In this document: one piece after another, positions 32,802 to 42,600 of the stretch
Numbering within the stretch: position 1 is the stretch's first letter
Layout of the letters: each line of letters opens with the position of its first letter
NCBI RefSeq assembly: GCF_011745625.1
Contig: NW_027191487.1
Span: 62,001-126,000, forward strand
DNA: 64,000 nt
From: Cladosporium halotolerans
Taxonomy: Eukaryota
Reading direction: 5' to 3'
Position numbers and translations under genes: made by a program
The notes under the pieces: generated by a model
Seen by the model: the letters and a program-made list of their open reading frames with translations, nothing else
Databases searched by the model: none
Told to the model about the DNA's origin: nothing

Positions 32802-33657
32802 ATGACCACTCAAGCACACACTTCAACCCCAAACATCACCCTCTACACCAGTCAAACTCCCAACGGCATCAAAATCAGCATCACTCTCGCAGAACTCAGC
32901 CTCCTCTACACGGTCCGCAAAATAGACACCTCGACCAACGAGCAGAAATCGCCCTGGTTCACCGCCATCAACCCCAACGGCCGCATCCCAGCCCTGACCG
33001 ACACGCACTCCGACGGCGAGACGATCCGCGTCTTCGAAAGCGGCAGCATCATGCAGTACCTCGTCGACAAGTACGACACGGAGCACAGGATCAGCTATCC
33101 CCGCGGCAGCAGGGAGGCCATAGAAACGACGGTCCGGCTGCCCTGCATCTCCTACAAATTTCAGTAGATATTTTACTAACGACAGCTATCTTCGTAACCA
33201 ACAGAACTGGCTCTTCTTCCAAAACGCCGGCGTAGGCCCCATGCAAGGACAAGCGAACCACTTCACACGCTACGCGGGCGAAGACCTCCCGTACGCCAAG
33301 CAGCGGTACCAAGACGAAGTGCGCCGCTTGTACTCCGTGCTCGAGATGCACTTATCGGTGACTGGAAACCCCTACCTGGTTGGCGAGAAGTGCACGATTG
33401 CGGACATCGCGCATTGGGGCTGGGTGACGCTGAGTCGTTGGGCGGGCGTGGAGCTAAGCGAATTCCCGACGCTGAAGGCGTGGGAGGAGAGGATGTTTGA
33501 GAGGCCTGGCGTGCAGGAGGGCAGGCAGGTGCCGGGTGGAGGGCATCAAAGGGAGTTGTTGCAGGATGCGGAGAAGGTGAAGCAGTTTGAGGAGAGGGGG
33601 AGGGATTTTTATCGGAAGCAGGCTGAGGAGGGCTTGATGACGAAGCAGGGTGTTTAG
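32802..33657 (+). CDS. Glutathione S-transferase, Nu/YfcG/Ure2-like class; intron 33132-33204
   Basis: LYTSQTPNGIKI, NEQKSPWF..INPNGRIPAL, FESGSIM; after splicing NWLFFQNAGVGPMQGQANHF, YLVGEKCTIADI. TATAAA at 32625. Confidence 0.92.
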
Positions 33658-33701
33658 ATATGTTTGTCTATCATGGCTTTCAATAAACGCAGGCGTCCTA
33701 C

Positions 33702-34775
33702 TTACTGCTGCGCACCGTCTCTGATCTTTTGCAAGATCACATCAGCACCGAGACCCAACAATCTCTCCGCAAGCTCATGCCCAAGTCTCTCCGCCTCCTC
33801 CCTTATCTTAACCGGCACCCTCTCATCCGCCTCGACCATCTCCTTCCCATCCGGACTAACAACCGAAGCCCTCAACTCCAACACCTCCCCACTCCACGTC
33901 GTCTCCACGCCCACAGGCGCACTACACCCACCCTGCAGCGTCTTCAGCAAACTTCTCTCCGCCAAACACGCCAGCGTCGTAGGCTCATGAGCCAGCACGC
34001 CCAAGAACCCCACAATCCTCTCATCCCCCTTCCTGACCTCCAGCCCCAGCGCCCCCTGACCAGGAGCATACAACACGCCATCCTCCGCAGTCAAATACTG
34101 CGTGATTCTACCCCCAAGTCCAATCCTCTTCAGCCCCGCCGCAGCAAGGACAAGACAAGCGTACTCGCCGTCCTCAGCGTCCAACTTCCTCAGCCGCGTG
34201 TTTAAGTTCCCTCTCACATCAACGCACTTCAAGTGCGGGAAATGACGGAGCGTCTGCGCCTTGCGGCGAACAGAAGACGTACCGACCACGCAGCCTGCAG
34301 GCAAATCCTGGACGCGGGCGTAGGGAGAGTTGGCCTTCATGACGACGACGTCGCGCGGGTCTTCGCGCTCGCAGATGATGCCCAGCTGGCATGAGGGCGG
34401 GAGCACGGTTGGCATATCTATAACATAATCGATCTAGTCAGTGTATTCGCCCAAAGACAGTACGTTTTTCTCTGCGTGCCGGTGACTCATCGCTCCTAAC
34501 GAACCTTTCAAACAATGCACGACGACGTCTAACTTCCCGTCCATTAACAGGCTTTCCAGTTCTTCGGTCCAGATGCTCTTGGAGTCGAAAGCCGAGAAAG
34601 ACTTAACCTGGTTCTCGTCGGCCATGGTGCTGATAACGTGGGATTCATATTCGGTGTTCGGGTGGAAGGTTTTGAGCTGGGCGATGATGGAGTCGACTTG
34701 AGCGATGGCGAGCTGGGATTTGCGCGTGCCGATGTTGATTTTTGCGGGAGGGTTTGGAAGCTTGGAAGAAGTCAT
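33702..34775 (-). CDS. HEM3: Porphobilinogen deaminase (hydroxymethylbilane synthase); intron 34504-34418
   Basis: IGTRKSQLA, WTEELE, spliced VHCLKDMPT, REDPRD, VGTSSVRR, RGNLNTRLRKLD, APGQGALG, GGCSAPVG (cofactor Cys). Confidence 0.94.
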
Positions 34776-35333
34776 TGTGGCGGTTTGCGGGCAGTGAGTG
34801 GATTTTGAGTTATTGGAGGGAACGTTGATAGATTGAAGGCTTGACTCGTGGTGGCCCGGCGCGGTCTAGCCTGAAATATTCATGTGAAGGCACACAATTC
34901 CGAGGAAATGCTATGTGACCGTTCTTGATTCCCTGGCGAAGTTATAGTTCGTATAATATGATGGATGACCGGGGTTATAAAGTCCGCTAGAAGGATTCCA
35001 GCAATGGGTTGGTTCGTGCACCCAAACTCTCGAATTGCAGCATCGTATGATTTTTGATAAACCACGTTTCAGAGATCTAGATGTGTGGGATGCCTAATTT
35101 AAGCAAAGACTGACGACTCGATCGGGAATACAGATGTTGGCATCATTCGCTTCGCTATGCGTAAAACCAACGCTCAACTAACACCCAACTCTTCCTGCAA
35201 AATAATCCGAATCAAACGCTCTATATCCCAACTCCTCGCCTGTTCCGCTAAAGCACCAAGAATAATTATACGCTATACAAATGCACACTTCCCCAGAAAA
35301 CATGTATCAAAACGCGTCAATCGCTATGCAACC

Positions 35334-38300
35334 TCAAACTCTACCAGGCGTCCACTCCTGCCCGGGATAACTGACACCTCTCATGATCTCCGCCTCGCTA
35401 ACACCAGTATCGTCTCTCCTACCCGAATAGCTCGAAGCCGTGCGCTGGTGCTGCACAACGGGTCGGCCCTGAGAGTCCCGGCTGGTCTGCCGCTGGTGGC
35501 CGTAGTATCGCTGCTGCGGTGGGTAGTGCTGTTGCGGTCCGTACGTGTAGCCTTGTTCTTGCGGTGCGTAGTATGTTGGGTGGGCGGCTTGCTCAAAACC
35601 GTACGAGGAGGAGCGTTGTTGTGTGTTGAAATTCGGTCTTTGCGCTTGCGGCGGCGGGACGAAGTGGTAGGGGGTCATGTGGCTATACTGATCGTGGTAG
35701 TGCTGTTGTGACGAAGAGCGTACAGCTCCGCGTGCGGCGGCCGGTGGGCCCGTGTAATACTGCTGAGGTGACCGGGCCGGCTGTTGCATTTCCCAGGAGG
35801 ACGCGTCGTGGTTCCTGTACGAGCTATCTTGCCCTTGCGGTAGGCTGATGGACCAAGGCGTTTGCTGACCTTGGTGGTCCCGAGCGGGCGAGCGGGAGAT
35901 TTGCTGGTCGATCGAGCCAGTATATTGTTGCTGAGGCATTCTTTGGGTCTGGATGGGGGAGGCAGGAGGCGATACTCGCTGAGTCCTGGGCGGCTGCTGC
36001 CAATACTGAGGTTGGCCGTCTTGCTGTCCTGGTGACTGCGACATATTACCCAGCGGCTGAACGCCGACCGGTGACCTCAACACCGATGTTTGCGAGTAGC
36101 CAGAAGACTGTCGTGTGCTCAGATTAGGTCGGGCGGGTCCGGTCTGGCCATTATGGAGCAGTGGCTCCTGTGCAATTGGTCTTTGGGTCTGTTCCACTTG
36201 TCCATAACGAGGCAAATCACGAGTAGTGTCCGGCTCTTCGGAAGAAGGCAATACAGGACTGCTCACCTCCGGAATGTCGGGAACCGTGTCACGACGCCTG
36301 TGGTTTTCACTGTGCAACCTTCTAACCTGAGGTCTAGCCTGTCCCTGCATAGGCGATGCCGGCTGACTGGAAGGCAGCGGATACGCGGCCGGTGACTGAC
36401 CCTGCGGACTCGAGTAGTACTCGACAGGCTGGTTCTGGTAACCCGACTGATTACCCACCAAGCTATGTGTCCTCGAGCTTGAAGCAGAAGCTGGACACTG
36501 CTGTTGCAGCCCGACCGGCGGGCCCTGCTGGTAGTATCCAGAAGGCTGCTGCTGATTGTATGCTCCAGGTGGCATTTGCTGTTGATGGGGCGAGCTCACC
36601 GTCACAGGATCCGCATAGACAGGCTGCTGCCAGTGCTGCGGTGGGATATGTTGGCCCGCCTGCTGCCTCATCATAGCTTCGTAAGCCGCGTAGTTCCCGG
36701 GCCTCGGCGGAGCTGTGTAATATGGCTGGGGTTGTGATGGTTGTCGCGGCGGAGGAGCGGCCTTCGTCAGCTTCCTAGGCGCAGCATTCCCAGTTGACTG
36801 TGGTTGGGCCTCCACCTCTGGTGTTACCTCCAAGGCCTTGCTGGCTCGATCACCAGCCCGATCACTCTTAGCGCTACTGGATCGACGGAACAGCGATCCA
36901 AGACGAGAAAGGCGCTTATTCTTCGGCTCGACAGCAGATGAAGGAGCATGCTGCGGCTTCTTGAGTGTCTTCGACTTCGCCAGCGTACCTTCGTTGCCAT
37001 TAGTCGCAGCAATCTTCGCCATGCTGCCTCGAGAAGAGGGGCGGCTTGCTGTCATGGAATGCGTTGACGCGCGCCTGAAAGTGTCCATGATGCCGCTCTT
37101 GCGGCGCGATTGTTTCTGCGGCTGCTCCTGCTGCTCTGATCTCACGATGTCATCGGAGAACTCGGATACCTGCGGGTCGACAAGCCCATTGAAGTTCTCG
37201 TCGACTCTGCTGGGTGAAGGGATCATACTTGGCCCCGGCGCAGGGAGTAGATCAGGTCCGCGGAAGAAAGAAGAGCGTCGCGAGGACGGCTCGACTAGGG
37301 CAGCGGGCTGACCAGGCCCACGGAAGAAACCAGAGGATTGCCGCGAAGACGTGTCTCCAGGAAAGGGCTCTTCGTCGCCAGGCTGCGGAGAGCGGAGTCT
37401 ATCGTACTCCTTGGGTGGAAGTCCAATGGACGGCGTGCGCGATGGCGGTTCAGAGGGAATTCGCTGCTCTTGAGGGCCTTCCATCATGCCTGGCACCGAG
37501 TAGCCAGCAAAGTCGCCCGGCGTGGAGAACCTCTTCTGCTGTTGCTGAGGCATCCCCATCGCCTCTTGCCCTGGCGTTTCCGAAGTCAGACGCATATACG
37601 ACATTGGCCTCTGATCCATCGCCTGTCCAGACCCGTACGTGCGGTTCATGAACTGGTTCCCTTGCACAGCACCCGCAAGATCAAGCGGTCCTTCCTGCCC
37701 CGGCAAAGGTGAGACACTACGTCGTCCGTCATCAGCGACATCCGCACCCGCAGGGAAGCCAACAACAGACCTCCACTTCTCCTCAGATGCCAAGACATTG
37801 TCCAGACTACGCGGGTCGCCCAGGCTCGAAATCGAAGAACGTCGGCTCGCGGTCGCTTGGACAGGTGGAGCAGAAGCCGCGACAGTGCTCAGCAAATCCC
37901 ACTTCGCGGGCGTGGGAGGGCGCGAGATCTTGGGCTTGTCGTCGTCCACAGTGCTTTCCGGCCTGGCTCCCAAGGGCGGCTTCGCTGCCATCGTGCCATC
38001 GTCCGCAAGACTGAGCCTGCGAGGCGTGGCCACCGGAGTAAATTGGCGACGTCGTTGCTGGCTGGGCAGCTCGTCCAGGGCACTAAACTTCCTCTCGGGT
38101 TGCGGGCGGGTAGCAGCGGCCGAAGAGGGAGCAGCGAAAGAGGCGCTACGAGTCTGCACAGGTCTCGGCAAAGGCGCGGTATCCTCTTGGGACATTACTG
38201 GCGTCGGAGAGATAGTCGCCTCCCGTTCCGCGAGGTCATCTTTCGCTCCATCCCCCGAGACCGAAGGTGCAGGCTCAACCTCCTTCTCCTCAATCTGAGC

Positions 38301-39104
38301 AGAAGCCACAGGCACACCAGCAGCCCCCACACCACGATTCTTCCGACCCTCCCCTCCATCATCCCCCTCCCCCTCCTTCCCCCTAACCTCAACCACAACC
38401 TCCGGAACAACAACGCCACCAATCCAGCTCCCCTTCCTCGCGCCCCCACCTTCACTCTCACTCCCGCTCCTGACCGGCGATTCCAAGACCGACGGACTAG
38501 GCAGGACGCCGAGCCGATCCCCCTCGACCCTCCACCGCGCGTCGCCGACGTCAGCGTCCTCGTCCTCCCACGCCTCGCGCCTCCTCTCGCCGTCCTGCTG
38601 GAGAGGCGAAGCGAGACCAGCCGCGAAAGGCTCGGGCATGGAGCCGAGGTCCATTTGTGCGTGAGCGTGCGTAGGAGCAGGACCAGGAGGAGGGGCAGGG
38701 TCAGCAGCGGTGACAGGAGCGAGGTCGAGCGTGCTGTCGTCTTTGGGCATCAAGCCGCTGGCGGCGCGCGAGACCGGGCGCGAGGGCGCGGGGCTCTTGC
38801 TTTTGCTCGTGCTCTTGCCGGATCTTGAACGCGAGCGACTGACGCCGTCGCGAAGGCGGTCGAAGACAGAGCGAGGGCGTTCGATGGCTGCGCCGGCGGC
38901 AGCGGCGCGGTCGGAGCTCATGACTTCGTCGTGCTTTAACTCTGAATGAGGTGCCGTTGTAGGGGCAGGTGCAGGCAGGGCGTCTGGGTTTTCCATCTTG
39001 TTGTTGTTTTCGGCGGGCAGGGCAGAGACAGAAAGCGGAGAAGGGGCAGGAGCGGTGGTAGGAGCGGTGTTGGGGGCGAGAGAGGACGAAGAAGGAGCAG
39101 GAGC
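35334..39104 (-). CDS. Long P/S/Q-rich intrinsically disordered ORF (1220 aa from ATG 38996; frame open to a splice-acceptor-like TAG at 39107-39105); either a separate gene or the alternative last exon of the Fyv8-like gene
   Basis: 3.7-kb uninterrupted ORF with short conserved-looking islands (RPMSYMRL, KRLSRLGSLF, MRGVSYPGQEWTP). No catalytic domain recognised. Confidence 0.75.
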   Translation of the reverse strand, partial: APAPSSSSLAPNTAPTTAPAPSPLSVSALPAENNNKMENPDALPAPAPTTAPHSELKHDEVMSSDRAAAAGAAIERPRSVFDRLRDGVSRSRSRSGKSTSKSKSPAPSRPVSRAASGLMPKDDSTLDLAPVTAADPAPPPGPAPTHAHAQMDLGSMPEPFAAGLASPLQQDGERRREAWEDEDADVGDARWRVEGDRLGVLPSPSVLESPVRSGSESEGGGARKGSWIGGVVVPEVVVEVRGKEGEGDDGGEGRKNRGVGAAGVPVASAQIEEKEVEPAPSVSGDGAKDDLAEREATISPTPVMSQEDTAPLPRPVQTRSASFAAPSSAAATRPQPERKFSALDELPSQQRRRQFTPVATPRRLSLADDGTMAAKPPLGARPESTVDDDKPKISRPPTPAKWDLLSTVAASAPPVQATASRRSSISSLGDPRSLDNVLASEEKWRSVVGFPAGADVADDGRRSVSPLPGQEGPLDLAGAVQGNQFMNRTYGSGQAMDQRPMSYMRLTSETPGQEAMGMPQQQQKRFSTPGDFAGYSVPGMMEGPQEQRIPSEPPSRTPSIGLPPKEYDRLRSPQPGDEEPFPGDTSSRQSSGFFRGPGQPAALVEPSSRRSSFFRGPDLLPAPGPSMIPSPSRVDENFNGLVDPQVSEFSDDIVRSEQQEQPQKQSRRKSGIMDTFRRASTHSMTASRPSSRGSMAKIAATNGNEGTLAKSKTLKKPQHAPSSAVEPKNKRLSRLGSLFRRSSSAKSDRAGDRASKALEVTPEVEAQPQSTGNAAPRKLTKAAPPPRQPSQPQPYYTAPPRPGNYAAYEAMMRQQAGQHIPPQHWQQPVYADPVTVSSPHQQQMPPGAYNQQQPSGYYQQGPPVGLQQQCPASASSSRTHSLVGNQSGYQNQPVEYYSSPQGQSPAAYPLPSSQPASPMQGQARPQVRRLHSENHRRRDTVPDIPEVSSPVLPSSEEPDTTRDLPRYGQVEQTQRPIAQEPLLHNGQTGPARPNLSTRQSSGYSQTSVLRSPVGVQPLGNMSQSPGQQDGQPQYWQQPPRTQRVSPPASPIQTQRMPQQQYTGSIDQQISRSPARDHQGQQTPWSISLPQGQDSSYRNHDASSWEMQQPARSPQQYYTGPPAAARGAVRSSSQQHYHDQYSHMTPYHFVPPPQAQRPNFNTQQRSSSYGFEQAAHPTYYAPQEQGYTYGPQQHYPPQQRYYGHQRQTSRDSQGRPVVQHQRTASSYSGRRDDTGVSEAEIMRGVSYPGQEWTPGRV

Positions 39105-39617
39105 CTAGAGAGAAAACTTACATGAGCTTGCGTCCTGGTGAAAAACGGTGATGACATGACAGTGAAAAGTGAAGTGAGGAGAGGTAGAAGTGTTGAAGAG
39201 ACGTGATATCGTAAATCGGTCGAAGCAGCCCTCAGAAAGAAGAAGAACGTAAAGAAGACATTCCAGGCCTGTGCGTGCTCTGAGCTAGTAAACACACGCC
39301 GTCACCCTCTCAACCAGAGGGGACAGCCAGAATAGACGCAAGGAGATTAGCAGCAAAGAAAGCAGAAAGCAGGAGCAAAAGGCGAATACGAAAGGGTATC
39401 GCCGCGCCACGCCACAACATGCCGTCCGTCGCTCAAGCAGCGTTTCAGCAGCTCGTCTCAATCCTAGACGCAGAAAGAGAGAGACTCAGCATGCCGTCGT
39501 AATCCACTTTTTGAGCGCGAAAAGGCCAAAGCGCAAGAAAAGCAAAAAAAAAACAAGAGATCAACGAAACAGAAAACGTAGCAAGAATGCAATCAGGGGT
39601 TAGAAAGAAAAGGGGGG

Positions 39618-42600
39618 TCACTCTACCTTCTCGCTCCTCCCAAACCGACTCTTCCCCTTCGCAAACAAGCCCTTCGCACCGGCTCCAGCACCCTTCAGGA
39701 AATCCTTGCCCTTCGCCTGCATCTTCTCGACATCCACATGCCCACCTCCTCCAGAGCCTCCACCAGAACTACTCTCCGGCATTCCCGTCCCGGCAGCACT
39801 AGAAGCCCCCAGACTCGCCGCGCTGCCCTTCCTCTCACCACCACCCGCACCACCGCCGCCGATCTTCAGAATACTCGGGCTATGCTTGTGCCCGTGGCCT
39901 CTGATCGTGCCCCCAAGCCCGAGGCCCGAGATCGTGCCGCCGATTCCACTGCTCTGAATGACGGCAGGCCCCTCATACTTCTGGTTCGCGGCGTCCGCGT
40001 ACTCCGGGTTCGCAGCGAGCATGGTCGACAGCCAGCCATTGAGGCCGGTGTTCATATTGGCGAAGCGGCCGCGGGTGTGCTCGTAAGCTGCGATGCGGTC
40101 CGGGACGGATTTGATGGCGGCGAGGTCGCGGAATGGAGGGATGCGGTCTTTGTCTTTGTCTTTTTGAGAGGTGGTGGAAGGGTTAGGTTTGGTGGTGGCT
40201 GCGGTGTAGGAGGAGGGGATGGTGGGTGAGTCTTCTTTCAGGTCGGACGGGGGAGGGGGAGGAGCGAGGTTGGTGGGTGCGGTGTCGTCTTCGGTGATGG
40301 GAGTCGGGGCGACGTGGTCGAGACTGCGGGTGGGGTCTTCTGCGATGGGGCTAGACAGCTCGTGCAGGGTGTCGCTCTGGTTTCCGGTGGCCAGTGCAGT
40401 CGTGCCGACAGGCAAAGAAGCACTGAGTCGCTTCTCAGCGTCTGCAGGCTCGCTCAGCAAGAAGCCCGGCTCGGACTGCTTGCCAGCCTCAGCAGTGGTA
40501 GGCTCTGAATCCGCCGCCTGCACTTCAGTGTTGACGACGTGCAAGCCTCCATTGGAATGGGGCCTTCCGAAGCTCTCCCTATTCTCATCGCCCTTCGTCT
40601 CTCCAACGACAGCCATGTGGCCGTACAAATCATCGTCAGCCGAGCGGTTCTCCCATGAAAAGCGTTGCCCGAGCAAGCCCGGCCTCGACTGCGACGGCAG
40701 CCCGCTCCGCGCGTCCGAGTTCTTCGTCTCCGCGGCCGGCAGAGCAGACTCGCCGCTAGCAACCCTGCGCTCGTTCGTCGGAGCATCGAGCGCATCTTGC
40801 GTCCTAGCAACATCGTCCAAAGCGCCTTCGCGCTTGAGCTCAGCCATCTTACCCGGGCTCAACGAGCGAACGATATCCTTCCGCAGGCGATCGCTCTCGA
40901 AATCGCCAGCGCCGGTGTCGCTGGACATAGTGGGCAGCACCGTGGGCCTTTCGCTTTCAAACTCGCGAGGGGTGGTGCGCGGTGAATTCTTGCCGAAGCT
41001 CAGAGGCGCAGGAGCATCCGGGTTGTAGCCGGAGAAATAGTTGCTGACAGGTCTTCCCTCGCTCGGTGGAGCAGCAGCCACGCCAAGCCCAGCAGGCTCA
41101 GGAGTGCCCTTGGAGAGTGGTGTGGGAGGAATAGAGTTCGCCACGCTATTCGTGGCCTCCGAAGGCGCGTCACTATGCTCGCGGTTCAACAGAGGCGGAT
41201 TCATGTAGTCATCGATGTTGCCGGTCGGGCGGTGAGGCTGCATCTCAGGAATGTCGACCGGCGCAGGTTTGTCTTTCGAAGCGAAATCTTGCGTCTGGTG
41301 GCCATAGCCCATGTGGGACATGAGCGCGGTGCCCAGCGCCTCGCCGGCATCCTTCACAGCAGAGAGCGGATTGTCGTTCTCCCCGGACACTGCGCGATCA
41401 TTGCTGGGAAGCTTCGTCTTCTTTGTTGTGGGTGTAAGATCAACCTCTTCGCCCGGGCTGGCAACCTGGTCTGCTTTCGGGGTAGGATTTGCTGTAGGCG
41501 TGATATCTCTGGAGGTTTGATCGCGACCTCTGAAGGTATCAGGAGCCAGCACCGATGGCACTTCACTCGCCGGGGTCGCCGTAGCACTGACCCACTCGCC
41601 CGGCAGATGCGGGCGGAAACTCTCCTGCCTCTCTGGCTCAGGCCTGATGGTCGACGAGGCTGCTGCTCCATCCTGGTCAGCGTTATCGTACGACGGGAAC
41701 ATACTGGTCTCCGCGGGCGATTCCTGTGAAAGCATCGAGCCTCCAGTCGTTCTTTTCACGATACCAGGCGATGGGTCCTCCTCGCCTGCGAAGTTGCTCC
41801 ACGACGACTTCGATGAAGCAGCGCTATTCCTCCGAGAGTCCTCATCGATCTGGTGAAACTGGTCAACGATATTGCGGACCCTGCTGCGACTGTTACCCGC
41901 AGGACTGTTCCTTCCGCTGCCTGATGCAGCTGGATGGGGGAAAGGTCGTGCAAAGCCAGTTGGCGAAAGTGCCGTGGGCGAGAGTGCGGTAGGCGACATG
42001 GTTCTAGGCGACGCCGGACCGACCGGATGAGTGTCGAGGAACAATTGTCGCTCGTTCGCAGCTGCCTCGGCCACAGCAGACCTCTCCTCGGGTGAGTTGC
42101 TGACTTCCTTGGCGAGGTCGGACTCACGAAGGCTGTAATTTGTGCCGCTTCTACCTCTGCCAGTAGTCGGCAGAGGCTTCACAACTTCCGAAGCATCGCC
42201 GTTGGCAATCGTCGGGTCAGGCGTCTCTGAGGGAGTCTCGACAGGCTCAAGTGTAGCAGAGGGCGCTTCGGGTGCATCAGGTGAAACGTCAGGAGGCTCG
42301 GCAGTAGTGACCGTCTCCGCAGCCATAGGTCCACTGAACCGTCGTGTGTCCACGTCTGCGATACCTGGTGTGCGGGCGGGCGAGTTGTTCGGTGAAGGTG
42401 TTTCCATGCTTCTCCTATACCCGGGAGTGAAGCCAGCAACCTCTGAACTGACATTGCGGCTGTGATTCGGCGTGGGCTTGCGAAGAATACTCGGTCTTGA
42501 AGTCACAGTCTGAGTCGTTGCGCCCGACATTGGCCTTGAGCGGGCGATTTCCAAAGGCTCCTCCTCTGCAATGGATGGGACAACAGCATCTCGTTCTTGC

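Noticed and set aside
34505..34530. VHCLKD instead of the usual VHSLKD in HEM3 as a sign of altered function
   Set aside because: Conservative change; the catalytic Asp, Arg residues and cofactor Cys are retained.
39105..39157. 17-nt 'intron' GTAAGTTTTCTCTCTAG that would join MSSPFFTRTQAH in frame to the 35-39 kb ORF
   Set aside because: Far below the intron sizes seen in this window (48 nt and up) and no room for a branch point.
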